Origin: Lama glama
Lineage: Eukaryota
Reading direction: 5' to 3'
Assembly: GCA_028534125.1 (NCBI GenBank)
Contig: CM052816.1
Coordinates: forward strand, 1,860,001 to 1,924,000
Length of the DNA: 64,000 nt
The notes beneath the pieces were generated by a model. It did no database searches. It was not told the origin of the DNA and saw nothing but the letters and a program-made list of their open reading frames with translations. The position numbers and the translations under genes are program-made. Within the stretch, counting starts at the first letter, position 1. The number at the start of each line of letters is the position of its first letter. Shown in pieces: positions 48,183 through 60,790 of this stretch.

Positions 48183-48688
48183 CTATAAATACAAACATTC
48201 ATGTGGTTAAAATATAAAAACGTGGAAAATTCCAAGCTTTATGAACAATCCAGCTACAATTTCCCATAATGCCAACTTTTTATCCCCTGGCTATCACATC
48301 TTGCTCAACAACTAGCAAGTATTTCAGTTTTACTTAGCTAAGTCAATAAATGATAGTCCAAAGACAGTAAATTAGAAACAGGTTACTTTCCAATCTACTA
48401 TTTTAGAGGAGCATCACTCCTTTAAGTACACAGACCAGGGAAGAGCAAGCATTATCATAAGATGGGGGAAAGAGGAGAGGGAGCTTTGCTGTACTTTTTC
48501 TTGAAAAAAAGGTATTCAATGCAAACCACCATTAAACAGACTTTAAACACATCTCTAACTCCTGATACTGGCATCTATTTCTCTACTGAATGCCCTCCAG
48601 TGACAATGAAATTAATTCACTTCGGAACTTTCTAAAAAGACAAATGGAGTTTCAAAACAATGTTAAACGACCGTTTTCTAACACTTAC

Positions 48689-48726
48689 TTTCATTTTAGC
48701 TTCAATCCACTTCATATTTGTTGCAG
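48689..48726 (-). CDS. UBLCP1: UBLCP1 internal exon ((S)ATNMKWIEAKMK; exon 7 by human numbering)
   Basis: Minus-strand acceptor TTTTAG, donor AAA|GTAAGT; 38 nt; in frame with the next exon. Confidence 0.9.
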
Positions 48727-48930
48727 CTAAAACATGAGGAATGATAACACAATACATATGAAAAGCTTGAATTTCATTTTTAAAGTCTTTCTTCTATACA
48801 AATTAGTTTTCTAAGCAAGATTAAAAGTTCAAATGCATCACAAATAATCCCTAGCATACTTATGGTAATTTTCTTTTAACTATTTATAAAAATAAACTTA
48901 TTTTAGTGTGTCTTCAAGACAAGAAAGTGT

Positions 48931-49430
48931 NNNNNNNNNNNNNNNNNNNNNNNNNNNNNNNNNNNNNNNNNNNNNNNNNNNNNNNNNNNNNNNNNNNNNN
49001 NNNNNNNNNNNNNNNNNNNNNNNNNNNNNNNNNNNNNNNNNNNNNNNNNNNNNNNNNNNNNNNNNNNNNNNNNNNNNNNNNNNNNNNNNNNNNNNNNNNN
49101 NNNNNNNNNNNNNNNNNNNNNNNNNNNNNNNNNNNNNNNNNNNNNNNNNNNNNNNNNNNNNNNNNNNNNNNNNNNNNNNNNNNNNNNNNNNNNNNNNNNN
49201 NNNNNNNNNNNNNNNNNNNNNNNNNNNNNNNNNNNNNNNNNNNNNNNNNNNNNNNNNNNNNNNNNNNNNNNNNNNNNNNNNNNNNNNNNNNNNNNNNNNN
49301 NNNNNNNNNNNNNNNNNNNNNNNNNNNNNNNNNNNNNNNNNNNNNNNNNNNNNNNNNNNNNNNNNNNNNNNNNNNNNNNNNNNNNNNNNNNNNNNNNNNN
49401 NNNNNNNNNNNNNNNNNNNNNNNNNNNNNN
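48931..49430. other. Assembly gap (exactly 500 N)
   Basis: Run of N; the round length suggests a placeholder of unknown true size. Confidence 0.99.
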
Positions 49431-49565
49431 TATAGCTCAGTGGTAGAGCACGGACTTAATGTGCATGAGGTCCTGGGTTCAGTCCCCAGTACCTCCATTA
49501 AAAATAAATAAATAAACCTAATTACCTTCTCCCTAAAATAAATAAATAAAAATAAAATTTAAAAA
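49431..49565 (+). mobile_element. Second copy of the same SINE family, cut by the gap
   Basis: TATAGCTCAGTGGTAGAGC...GGGTTCAGTCCCCAGTACCTCCATTAAAAATAAATAAAT, colinear with 563-743. Confidence 0.85.
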
Positions 49566-49574
49566 ATTTTTTCC

Positions 49575-49827
49575 AGTAATCACATAAAACAAAAAAGACA
49601 GGAAATGTCAATTTTAGTAATATTTTTATTCACTCCAATATATCAAAAGTATTATTTTAGCATATAATTAATATTAAAAAATTAATGAGATATTTCACAT
49701 GCATTTCTTCATACTAAGTCTTTGAAATACATTGTGTATTTTATACTCCGCACCTCTTGATTCATACTAGCCATATTTCAAGTGCTCAGTAGCCACTTGT
49801 GGCTGGTGGCTACTGTACTGGACAGCT
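49575..49827. mobile_element. MER33/MER3-like hAT DNA transposon
   Basis: Ends CTAGCCATATTTCAAGTGCTCAGTAGCCACTTGTGGCTGGTGGCTACTGTACTGGACAGC. Confidence 0.75.
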
Positions 49828-50539
49828 TTAGAGTATGCCTTTTTAACCCTTTATTCTGCCTCCCCCAGTGGTCTTCTATACTATTATATCTTCATTATGA
49901 TTTTTAAAAAAGTTTCATTGCATTTCCCCAAATTTTATCGTATTGGAATTGAAATAATCCATAATATGGGCATAGAAATGTTTAAAATGAAGTCACTCAA
50001 AAGGAAAGTTTTTTAAAATTCTGTTATTGTGATATGGTTCCTGTACAGTAAACTACACATATTTCAAATGTACAATTTGATGAATTTTGATAGCTGTATA
50101 CACCAGTGAAGCCACTACCACAATCAAGATAGCTAACATTTCCATCACTCCTCATGAGGTGCAACTTTCAAATTCCCAGTTTATCCCTTCCCACAAGGAA
50201 AGTTTTAAGCACCCGTTTCAAATGCTTAGAAAACTGTAATTTATGCATTCATAATTCGTTTCTGGGGAAAATGTAGTTGTTGGTATTTTTCAGTCTTTAA
50301 AACATTGTAAAAAATAAGTTTGATTAGTGTCTATGGGTTCAAACTGACATTTAATTTGCTCAACTTTGGTCACCTGCAGTGACACACACTACCAGTTGAC
50401 AGGAGGAAGACAAAGATGCCCCTTAAGGAAGTCATGCTTGTGTGAGAGATGAGACCTGAGTGTAAAAACATGTGTTGCCTGCTTTTCCCAATTCTCGCCC
50501 CTAGAGAAATCCCAATCTTAACTATCAGTGTGCACTGTA

Positions 50540-51255
50540 TTTTTTTTTAATTGAAGTATAGTTGATTTACAATGTTGTGTTAGTTTCTGGTATACAGCAT
50601 AGTGATTCAGTTATACTTATATATATATTCTTTTCCATATTCTTTTTCATTATAGGTTATTACAAGATACTGAATGTAGTTCCTTGTGCTATGTATTAGA
50701 ACCCTGTTGTTTATCTGTTTTATATATAGTACTTTGTAGCTGCTAATCCCAAACTCCTGATTTTTCCCCCCCTTCCCCACCCATCCCCTTTCAGTAACCA
50801 TAACTTTGTTTTCTATGTCTGTGAGTCTGTTTCTCTTTTGTAAATAAGTTCATTTGTATCATTTTTTAAATATTCCACACATAAGTGATATCATACCATT
50901 TGTCTTTCACTGTCTGACTGGCTTCACTTAGTATGATAATCTGTATGTCCATGCATATTGCTGCAAATTGCATTTTCATTCTTTTTCATGGCTGAGTAGT
51001 ATTCTTTTGTGTATATATACCACATCTTTATCCATTCATCTGTCAACAGACATTTAGGTTGCTTGCTTGTCTTGGCTATTGTAAACAGTGTCACTGTGAA
51101 TATTGAGGTGCACGTGTCTTTTCAAATTAGAGTTTTCTCTGGATATATGTCCAGGAGTAGGATTGCTGGATCACATGGAAGTCTATTTTTTAGTTTTTTA
51201 AGGAATCTCCGTGCTGTTTTCCATAGTGGCTACACCAAATTACATTCCCACCAAC
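50540..51255 (-). mobile_element. L1 3' end (ORF2 C-terminus and 3'UTR)
   Basis: Poly-T, then TTGAAGTATAGTTGATTTACAATGTTGTG...; ORF 51009..51266 is the antisense reading of the ORF2 tail. Confidence 0.85.
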
Positions 51256-53320
51256 ATGCATGGTAAGTCTTTAAATTACATTACAGGTAGAGTTTTTTCC
51301 TTAATTTAATGGTATATTTTGTCTTTAGTTAGTGCAACATTGTAATGGCTAAAAGAAAACCCAAATACCCAAAGATCCATATAGCGTGATTGACAGAAGA
51401 AAATTAAGAATGTAGCTTTTTCCTAGATTGCCTCTTACAAGTCATCCAGAAGAGGAATTATTTTAAGACAGCTCTTTTTTAAGCTAAAATTTGTTTTGAT
51501 AAGCATATTAGTCTTTAACTAGAGTAAATCCAGCCTCAGGTGTAGAGAAATGGAGTTTGAATTTTAAACGTCTGTGTTATCACTGCTCGTGTAAAACTCA
51601 ATACAACTACAGTTTACGTTATTAAGGCCTTTAAATTAAACACCAACCGTTGAAATACTCTCTTCATAACATACAAAGATTGAATAAAGTGGCATTCACT
51701 TTTACATAAATTTATAAACACTGTTTTTAAAGTTATAGTTCTGTTGAGCTTCCATTTGAGCAATTGTATAACCACGTAACTACAGCAGAAAAACTAAAGA
51801 AGAGAGCGTTAAAAAATACTTTAGGAGACAAAATTATTGTGTTTTCCTGAATCGAGAGAAGAGACTTGTTACATAGCAACATCAAAAAAGAATATGCTTT
51901 GTGTAGAAACTGAGTAAAATAGGAGCATTTTACTAATAAAACTCCCACGCATGTAATATATATTTGTAAAACATTATCCTGAGAATCATAATTCTGTTAT
52001 GCTTCCGTTTGAGCACTTGTGTATCACTTAACTAATAGCAATAAAACTAAGAGAAGATATTCAAAATTATTTTAGAAGGTAAAATTCTTGCTGTATTTCT
52101 GGATTATTTTAGTAAACTTGTCAGTAACAACAAAACTACTGTAATTACCCTACCTCCAAATGGAACAAAAGGGAAGCAATTTACTTTTAAGATTTGCATT
52201 GAATAATGTACAGTTATAAAACAATATCTTGAGAATTATAATTCTGTCTCCCATTTGAGGCATGGGATGATCACTTAATAGAAATGAAACTAAGGAAAAT
52301 ATCAAAGTTACTTTAGAAGAAAACAAAAATGCGTTTTTCCTATGATTCTGATCTTCAGAAATGGGCTCAGAAGCTGCACCACTTCTGTTTTCAAGTTGTG
52401 TGGACAAAAGATGAAACCCAGCACTTGTCTAGAGATATTTTTTGTTGCAGTGAAGGATACACTGGGCGATGCTGTGAATGTAGTAAAAAAAAAAATGGAA
52501 CTATAAACTGAATGGTTAAAATGGTGAATTTTATGTTATGTGAATTTCGCCTCTAAAAAAAGTGTTAATATTCTATGAAATCTCCATTGATATATTCATT
52601 ATATCCAATTCCAAGATCCTCTCCATGTTCTTTTCTTCAAGAACAGCAGCCCTTTCTCTCATCCTCTGCAAATTTTTTTTAATCAGTTCACTCATTCTTT
52701 CTTTCCATTCTTTAAGCTTCCTATAAAAGCAAATTTATACTTTCCTAAAGGTAGGCACATTCATCCAAACCATCCTTTATTGCCTTCTTGAGTTGTTCAT
52801 TTAGCTGTTTTGGTTGCATCTACCTGAAACTGGATATGTTCCAGTTTTTAAAGGTTAAGTCTGTCTTTTAATGTTAGCCATCAGCTCAGCTTGTTCCAAA
52901 TGCTTGTATTTCTCCTCAGAGTCTCTCTTTTAACCCAAAGTAAGGAGCTCCATTTCCCTGCCTTTATGACTGGCCACCAGTTTTTATATTTACAATCATT
53001 TGTTCTCAAGTCTGGTTTACATTAAAGAAGATTGAAAGCCTCTAAATTCTGAGTAAGGCTCAGCTTGTTAAAGTATTGCTGTCTTTCCTCCAAGAGGGCA
53101 GAAATTCCAATATCCAGTCCTTTTTTTCTATTTGCATGAAACTGTATTTTCAATAATTAAAAACCTGACTATGCCTGCGATTCCCATTGTATCTCACAGC
53201 CATTGGTGGGAATCGGGGCTACAGTTTGAGAAGTATCATTCCAGTTAACTTCATTCTTCAGCCATCTGCTAAGTGCCTTTTCCTCAGGTAGGCTTTTGTG
53301 AGCTCATGTAACTCAGGTCC

Positions 53321-53389
53321 TTGGAGGTTGACACAACATTGTAAAATCACTGTAACTCAATAAAAAAATGTTTAAAAATAAAAAAAATA
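53321..53389 (+). mobile_element. Tiny L1 3' tail with 12-bp TSD
   Basis: TTGACACAACATTGTAAAATCACTGTAACTCAATAAAAA; TSD TAACTCAGGTCC at 53309-53320 and 53390-53401. Confidence 0.8.
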
Positions 53390-53449
53390 TAACTCAGGTC
53401 CCTGATTCTGCACTCCAGAGAAGCCCAGTCCTTTCCTTCAGACTTACCA

Positions 53450-54490
53450 CAGTTCACAGTTACATGCCCATCTCCACCCAGAGGAAGCCATCATCCTGAA
53501 TTGGGTGTCAAGCACACCGTGCCTTGCTTTAGAGCTCACCACATATGTATACACCTCTAAACTCTTACTTGGTTTTACCTATTTTTAAAAACTAAATCAG
53601 TTAACTCAATATACATGGCATTCTGGGATTTCACAGTTTTGGGGATTCATCCACTTCATGTGTGCGCTTGTAGTGTATTAATTTTTCCTGCTGTATAAAA
53701 ATTCATGGCACGGATAGATCATAACTTTCTTATCCATTTTACTATCAATAACATTTGAATATTGCCAGTGTTTTTGCTTAGTAGGAAGTATGATGGGCTC
53801 TTATAGGTGTCTCGTGCACATGTGCCTGGATGTTTTTGTTTATCCTTAAGGAGCAGAATTGCTTGGCTTATGATGTTTGCTTATTTGACTTCCCTGGGTG
53901 ATGCCAAATTGCTTCCCAAAGTGATACCAAATTATATCTCCACCAGGAGTGTGTTTGCACTGCTCTACATTCTTGTCAAAACTTGGTACTATCTCATTTA
54001 TACATTTATGCCAGTCTGAGTTGAAATTGTTTCTCATTAGGGTTTAATTTGCACTTCCGTGATTACTGATGAGATTGAAATTTTTTTTTTCCTGCTTCTG
54101 GGCATTTGGATTTCTTCTTCTGTGAAGAATCTTTTAGCCTATTTTCTCTATGGTTGTTGGTCTTTTTCTTATTGGTTTATACGATTTATTTATATAGTTT
54201 GGATACTAATTTTTTTGACATTGTGTATGTAGTGACTGTCTTCTCATTATGCTTTTTCTTTTCATTCTCTTTATGGTGTCTTTTGTTGAACTGAAGTTCT
54301 TAATTCCAATGATCTATGATGTTTTACCTTTTCCTATATGGATTGCTCGTTTTGTGTCTTGTATAAGAAATCTTTCCCTGGCTTAGGCCATAAAAATATC
54401 CTGTATTTTCTTTTAAAGTATTTGCCTTTCATATTTGATCCTCATGGAATTGAATTTTGATTATGGTGTGAGGCAGGAATCCAGTTTCAC
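53450..54490 (-). mobile_element. Old degenerate L1 fragment
   Basis: Antisense ORF2-like motifs (TTTAATTTGCACTTCCGTGATTACTGATGAGATTGA, TTTGGATACTAAT); boundaries approximate. Confidence 0.6.
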
Positions 54491-55479
54491 ATGGGCTTGT
54501 TCTTCTCTTGTGTAAAAACAAGTCTGGAGGTAAGCAATTTAGCAGTTCTACTCCAAGGTATATGCCCCAGAAAGAGACTCTTGGACAGATGAACCAGGAG
54601 ACATATGAACAAGTTGTAACGTTATTCATAATAGCAAAAAAAAAAGATAACAACAGAAGGAATTTAATATGGAGAACTAGTTACAGAGTGTTAGCAGAGT
54701 TGAAAATGAGAAGGTAAGGCATCTCAGATGTCCACAACTACATTGAGCCATTCCCATCCCTAGGGCGGAAGACAAAAGCAAAAAATGGTATCATTGGTTC
54801 CCAGGAACCAGAGTATATGGCAGGATCTGAAACTTAGGGGAGGAGCCCACAGCACCACTGGCTGGACTGTGCAGCTGGAGTTGCCAGAGGAACTGGAACC
54901 ATGTATGTCAGGGACTTTCCAGCAAGTGGGGAGGGAGATACAGCCACTGCCGGAAATGCTGCCCAAAGCAGAGAGAGCAGGGGAGACATACTCTGCTTTC
55001 TCCCCTCCTTCTGCCCCCTAGTCTATTATCTGTGCCCCTGTTAGCTAAACCTAACCAGAAGGCAGTGGGCAAAAAGGTAGCCTGGGAAATGCAGGCCAAG
55101 GGGGCCTGCACCCTGTGATACTGAGATAAGCAGGAAAGGGCAGGGAAGGGATCTCAGCACTGACGGGCCAATGGCAGGTACAAGGTGCTTTCCACGTCCG
55201 GCCCTGGTTTACCTTCCCTTGGTCATCCCTGCCACCACTCGCTGCCCCCTTGTACTGTCGTCTCCAGCCACGTTAGACTACCGGATATTTGTAGGCTGTG
55301 CTCTGTACACGCCCGTTCTCTGGCCCTTTGTACCCGCAGTCCCCTCTGCTTGGAGTGCTTCCTTGTCTCTCTTGACCTTGCACATCCTTCAAATATTAGT
55401 TCACATCCTTATCCTTGGAGCCTGTCTCCTCAGTCACAGTTGTGACCCTCTCACCCTCTAAACATCTTTTCAATATTGG

Positions 55480-55860
55480 GGTTTCTAAGATTCTGTCCTT
55501 GGTCTTCTTTTTAATCTCATGTTACTGGGTGACTTTAGTGAGTGATTTCATCCATTCCCATGACTTTCAGCTTCCACCTGAGTCGCGATGACTCACAAAT
55601 TTGTGTCTTTCCTGAACCCCAGACCCACAGGCATAACTCCTGAGTAGACATTTCCACTTGCTGGTTCCATAACACCTCCGACTCAGTATGTGTAAAGCAT
55701 AACTCATCATCGACCCAACTCCCCCTTCCAGTATACTCCTTCTGTATTTCACTCAGTTGCCCATGGCCAGTATTTAGAAACCACCCACTACTACTCGTTT
55801 CATCTGATCCCTTTCCCAGTTACAATCAGTCACCCCTGAGTCCTGTCAATGATACCTCAT
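55480..55860 (+). mobile_element. L2 fragment
   Basis: GTGATTTCATCCATTCCCATGACTTTCAGCT...GATGACTCACAAATT...GACATTTCCACTTG. Confidence 0.6.
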
Positions 55861-55917
55861 TTACATCTCAAAGATGCACCCTCAGATTTTGGAAACATAT
55901 TTAAAGTCTTAAAGATA

Positions 55918-56370
55918 TGTTATAGGTTGAATTGTGTCTCCTCAAATTCATATGTTTGAGTCCTCACATCCAGTACTTCAGTGTCACCTTGTTTGGAAAT
56001 AGGGTCATTACAGATGAGGTCATACGTAGTAGGATCACCCCCAAATCCAGTATCACTTACAAAAGGGTGGCCTTACGAAAAGGGGAAATTTGGACATGAA
56101 CAGACACACAGGGAGATGCCACATGAAGATCAAGGCAGAGGTCGGGGTGATGCAGCAGAAACCAAGGAAAGCCAAAAACTGCCAGCAAACCAGCAGAAGC
56201 TAGGAGATAGTGTGGGACCGATTCTCCCCACAGCCCCCAGGAGAGATCAACCCTGCTGACAGCTTGATCTTGAGCTTTCGGCCTCCAGAACTGTAAGACA
56301 ATAAATTTCTCTTGTTTAAACCACCCAGTTTGTGGTGCTTTGTTTTGACATCCCTAGAAAATTAATATGT
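55918..56370 (+). mobile_element. MaLR solo LTR (MLT1A/B/C-like)
   Basis: Starts TGTTATAGGTTGAATTGTGTC; contains GCCTCCAGAACTGTAAGACAATAAATTTCTCTTGTTTAAACCACCCAGTTTGTGG. Confidence 0.85.
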
Positions 56371-59119
56371 GCACTCTCTGACCAGAATTTTCGCACCTAG
56401 TGATTAATCCTATGAAAATAAACACACGAGTGAACAAAGGACAACAGTGGTGTTTATAGTGGTATAACAGGGTAGACAAACTAAGTGTCTTCCTGTGGAG
56501 ACAACATTCTTAAAGTCTGACATATTCAAACGGTGGAATGTCAGGTAGCTTTTTAAAACATGAGATGCATGTAAAGCTTAGGGGAGGAAGGCATTCACAA
56601 TGTAGTTAAGTTGCTTGAATGGGGGCTACCAAAGTCTGTGTATTATGAGGCCATCTCTGGCCATTTATATTTTATGTGTTATAAATAGGAAGAAGTCAAA
56701 TATATCAACATGTTTACAGTAGTGGAATTTCGGGTAAATTGCATTTTCTTCTTTTTCCTTATCTATATTTTCTTAAGAGATGTGGTTAGGAAACTAACGT
56801 GTAAGTGTTTCTAGTTTTCTCTTACCCTCTCATGAAGAGGCTGCTGTCTTTGCATGGTTAGACTCACAATCCTTCTCTACCTTGGGAAGGAGGAAGGAAG
56901 AAGAAGAGGAGGAGGGGAAGAAGGAAAGGGAAGTTAAATCAATCTATTAAAGAACTAGGATGGGAAGATTAGGGAATTTAGAAAGCCAAATAGCGGTGTG
57001 AACTACTGTAGGAGAAAAAGTTTTGGGGAGGTAGAGGTGTGAATGAGAGGAAACAAAGCAATACGGGGTGTGAGGGAAATGTGTAAGAAAGGGGCAGAGG
57101 AAAAGTTGCTACAGGTTACAAATGGATCATCCGTGAAGATGTTTGAGCAGTGCAAGTTAAAGCTCAGAATTTCGTTTGTCTTATTCTTAGCTGTTTGGAT
57201 TGCACTTCTTTGAATGCAGTGGCATACAGAGGAAAGACAAAAGTTTACATTATTTTTTTTTCTGTAGTATACGGATTCCAGTTCACAAACTGAAATGTGT
57301 AAGAAATGTGACTTGATTTTTTTATATCTGAACTTAATTTTTATTTTTTGTTATTGTCCCACCTAGTGACAAAAACTTATCCTTAGGTAAAGTGAGTTTT
57401 CTGAGATAATATTTAAGTGGAGGCAAGTGATGGGCACAGGCTTAAGTGATGTCGGGTCACATGTGGGGCACATCTGGGCCTCAGCTCTTAGAATAATGAC
57501 ATCTTTTGAGATGTGCCTCATGCCACCTGGTCTTTGGTCATCTGTCCACCCAGGTCCCTGTCTTTCCTGGTCTGCTGAATCTGTTTCCTGGGCACACACA
57601 GTTTTTTAAGGTGAGAGAGACACCCCCCTGGGATCCTGAACCACAGTGGGCCATGTCCTCTTTACTCCATTATACAGTGGGTTCTGGGTAAACTCTGGTG
57701 TCTTATTACCTCCAGGGCTCAACCGTAGACCCACTTAACCGCTTAAGCCATCAGATGAGAATCTCTAATTCCCAAATAGTTCTAGGGTTTCTGCCATTGC
57801 ATCCCCAACCTTCACAGGTACCATAAGTTTGACTTCTTTTCTCAAGGACACTTACTAATATTTAACTCTTTGGCATTATCTCAAATTCCCTTTCTCCCCT
57901 TGGCCTTGGGAAGTCTTGTCACAATTTTGTAATATCTAGATTCTCCTTAGGTCTCTGAGCATCCCTGCACTGTCTCTTTCTTGGACTTTTTGTTCCATCT
58001 CTTACCCGTGAAATACTCAGCTTCCCAGTGTTCCACCTTTGGTCTTCTGTCTCCATCTTCCCAGGTGACCTCTTCCATTCCCAAAGATTTAACCACCACC
58101 TCTATGCTAATGATCACCGAATCGCAGTTCTCGCCCCAAATCAATGTCCAGTTGCTGTATTTCTCTTCTTGATCTCCCACAAGCCAATAATAACTCAACA
58201 TCTCAAACTCTATATATCTTCTAGAAACCTTCCTCCCTCATTTTCTTTCTCTCACTCACTCATTTGGTAGATGTGATCACAAGCTGCTAAGGAAAAGTGC
58301 TTAGTGCTCTGAGTATGTTCACTGGAGCTGCTCTTATTTGTCTGGGATGGGGAGTGGTGGGCAGTGGGGGTTCTCTCACTTAGATAGTACTGCAGCCAGC
58401 ATCTATGTATCTGCACAGCTCAGGAAGCTGATTATATCATGTACTTGCCCCAGGTCTTCAGGGAAAACACGCAGTAGTGCATTCAGCGGGGTGCCTACCT
58501 TGACAGGAGTATTTTATTATTGCTTAGTATTGTTGGCAATGCAGTTGATCTTACTGATTTCAGATACCCCAAAGATAGACACCCCCTTTTTGCTGGGGTA
58601 GACCACTCCAGTTGCCCTCTCCTTGGTAGACCACTGAAAATTTGGGGGTCTCCAGCCTCCTCATCTTATCCCCATCTGCCTTTCAGGTAAAGATCTAAAG
58701 CTGAATCACTCTGCCATTATTTCTGCATCTTTTGTCATGCTCTCCCTTCCGCCTGGAACTCCCTCGCTCCATACACACACTTCATCTACTTTCCCCCATC
58801 CTTTAGGATTCAGCTGAGTGTCACCTCCCCCAGAAGTTGCCTCTGTTCGTCCAACACTGTGTGCCCTCCTTGGGCTTCCACAGTATCATCTAAATACTGA
58901 ATTCCTACATGGTCCATATTGTACTCTAATCTGTCTGTGACTCTGTCTTCCCTAATTACTGGTACAAAGCCAAGATAGTCTCACTCATTGTCATATTTCC
59001 AGAATCTAGTGAACTACTTGTCACATAGAGTACCTTCAACAAAGTTTTGCTGAAAGAATGAAAAAATAATGAAACTATCATTGTATTTTATTTTATTGCC
59101 TTATTTTGGTTTTTCTTCC

Positions 59120-60790
59120 ATTTTTATTGATATACAATTAACATACAGCACTATGTGAGTTTAAGGTACACAGCACGATGATTTGACTTATTATACATCA
59201 TGAGATGATGACCGCGATAAGCTTAGTGAACATCCATCATCTTATATAAATAGAAAATAAAAGAAAAAGAAGAAATATTTTTCCTTGTGGTGAGAACTCT
59301 TAGGATTTACTCTCTTATCAACTTTCATATTTAACATGCAGCAGTGGTAATTATATTAATCATATTGTACATTATATCCCTAGTGCTTACTGATCCCATA
59401 ACTGGAAGTTTGTACCCTTTGACCACCTTCATCCAATTTCCCCTCACCCCCTGTCCCCTGCCTCTGGTAACCACAAACTTGATCTCTTTTTCTATGAGTT
59501 TGCATGTGTGTTCTTGAAGTATTCTTGATCCACAACACTGTTAGTTCCTTATGTACAACACAGTGATTTGATATTTCTGTACGTTTAAAATGATCACCAT
59601 GGTAAATCTAATTACCATCAGTCACCAAACGAAGATATTACACTGTTACTGAATGTATTCCCTATTCCCCATGCTGTACGTGTCATCCCTATGACTCATT
59701 TATTTTGTAACTGGCAGTTTGTACCTCTTAATTTCCCTCACCTACTTCACTCGTTTTCCCTCAGGCCACTACCTGTTTGTGCTCTGTATCTGTGACTCTG
59801 TTTCAGTTTTGTTATGTTTGTTCACTTGTTTTGTTTTGTAGATTCCACATGTAAGTAAAATCAAATGCTATTTGCCTTTCTCTATCTGACTTATTTCACT
59901 TCACATAATACTCTCCAGATAACTCCATGTTGTTCCAAATGGCAAGATTTAATTCATTTTTATAGCTGACTAATATTCCATTGTGTGTGTGTGTGTGTAT
60001 GTTCCATCTTCTTTATTCATTCGTCTATTGATAGGCACTTTGGTTGCTTCCATAGCTTAGTGATTATGAATAATGCTGCAGTGAACACAGGGGTGCTTAC
60101 ATCTTTTAACATTAGTGTTTTTGTTTTCTTTCGATAAATACCCAGGAGTGGAATTGCTGGATCGTATGGTAGTTCTATTTTTAATTTTTTGATGAACTTC
60201 CATGCTGTTTTCCATAGTGGCTGCACCAATTTACATTCCCACTCATGCAGCTTAAACCAATGAGGATTTCCTTTTCTCCGCGTCCTCACCACCACTTGTT
60301 TGTCGTGTTTTTGATGACAGCCGTTCTGACAGGTCTGAGGTGGTGTTTCGCTGGTATTTCCCTGGTGACGGGTGATGTTGAGGATCTGTTGGTCAGCTGT
60401 ATGTCTTCTTTGGAAAAATGTCTCTTCAGATCCTCTGCCCATTTTTTTTTTTGGCTTGTTTTTTGATTTTTCTGGTGTGTGGTATGAGTTTTTTGTGCAC
60501 TTTAGATATGAACCCCTTATCAGATCTATGGTTTGCAAATATTTCCTCCCACTCAGTAGGCTGCCTTTTCATTCTGTGGATAATTTTCTTCACTGTGCAA
60601 AAGCTTTTGAGCTTGATGTAGTCCCATTTGTTTATTTTGGCTTTTGTTGCACTTGCCTGAGGAAGACATATACAAAAAAAACATTGCTAAGACCAATGTC
60701 AAAGAGTGTATTGCCTGTGTTTCCTTCTAGGAGTTTTATGGTTACAGGCCTTACATTTATGTCTTTAATTCATTTTGAGTTTATTTTTAA
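59120..60790 (-). mobile_element. L1 fragment, ORF2 C-terminus and 3'UTR
   Basis: ORF 60017..60538 (-) contains [11 protein letters not shown]...[18 protein letters not shown], diagnostic of L1 ORF2p; frameshifted. Confidence 0.9.

Noticed and set aside
48906..49511. Long ORFs of 175-201 aa in the track
   Set aside because: Artefacts of translating through the N gap.
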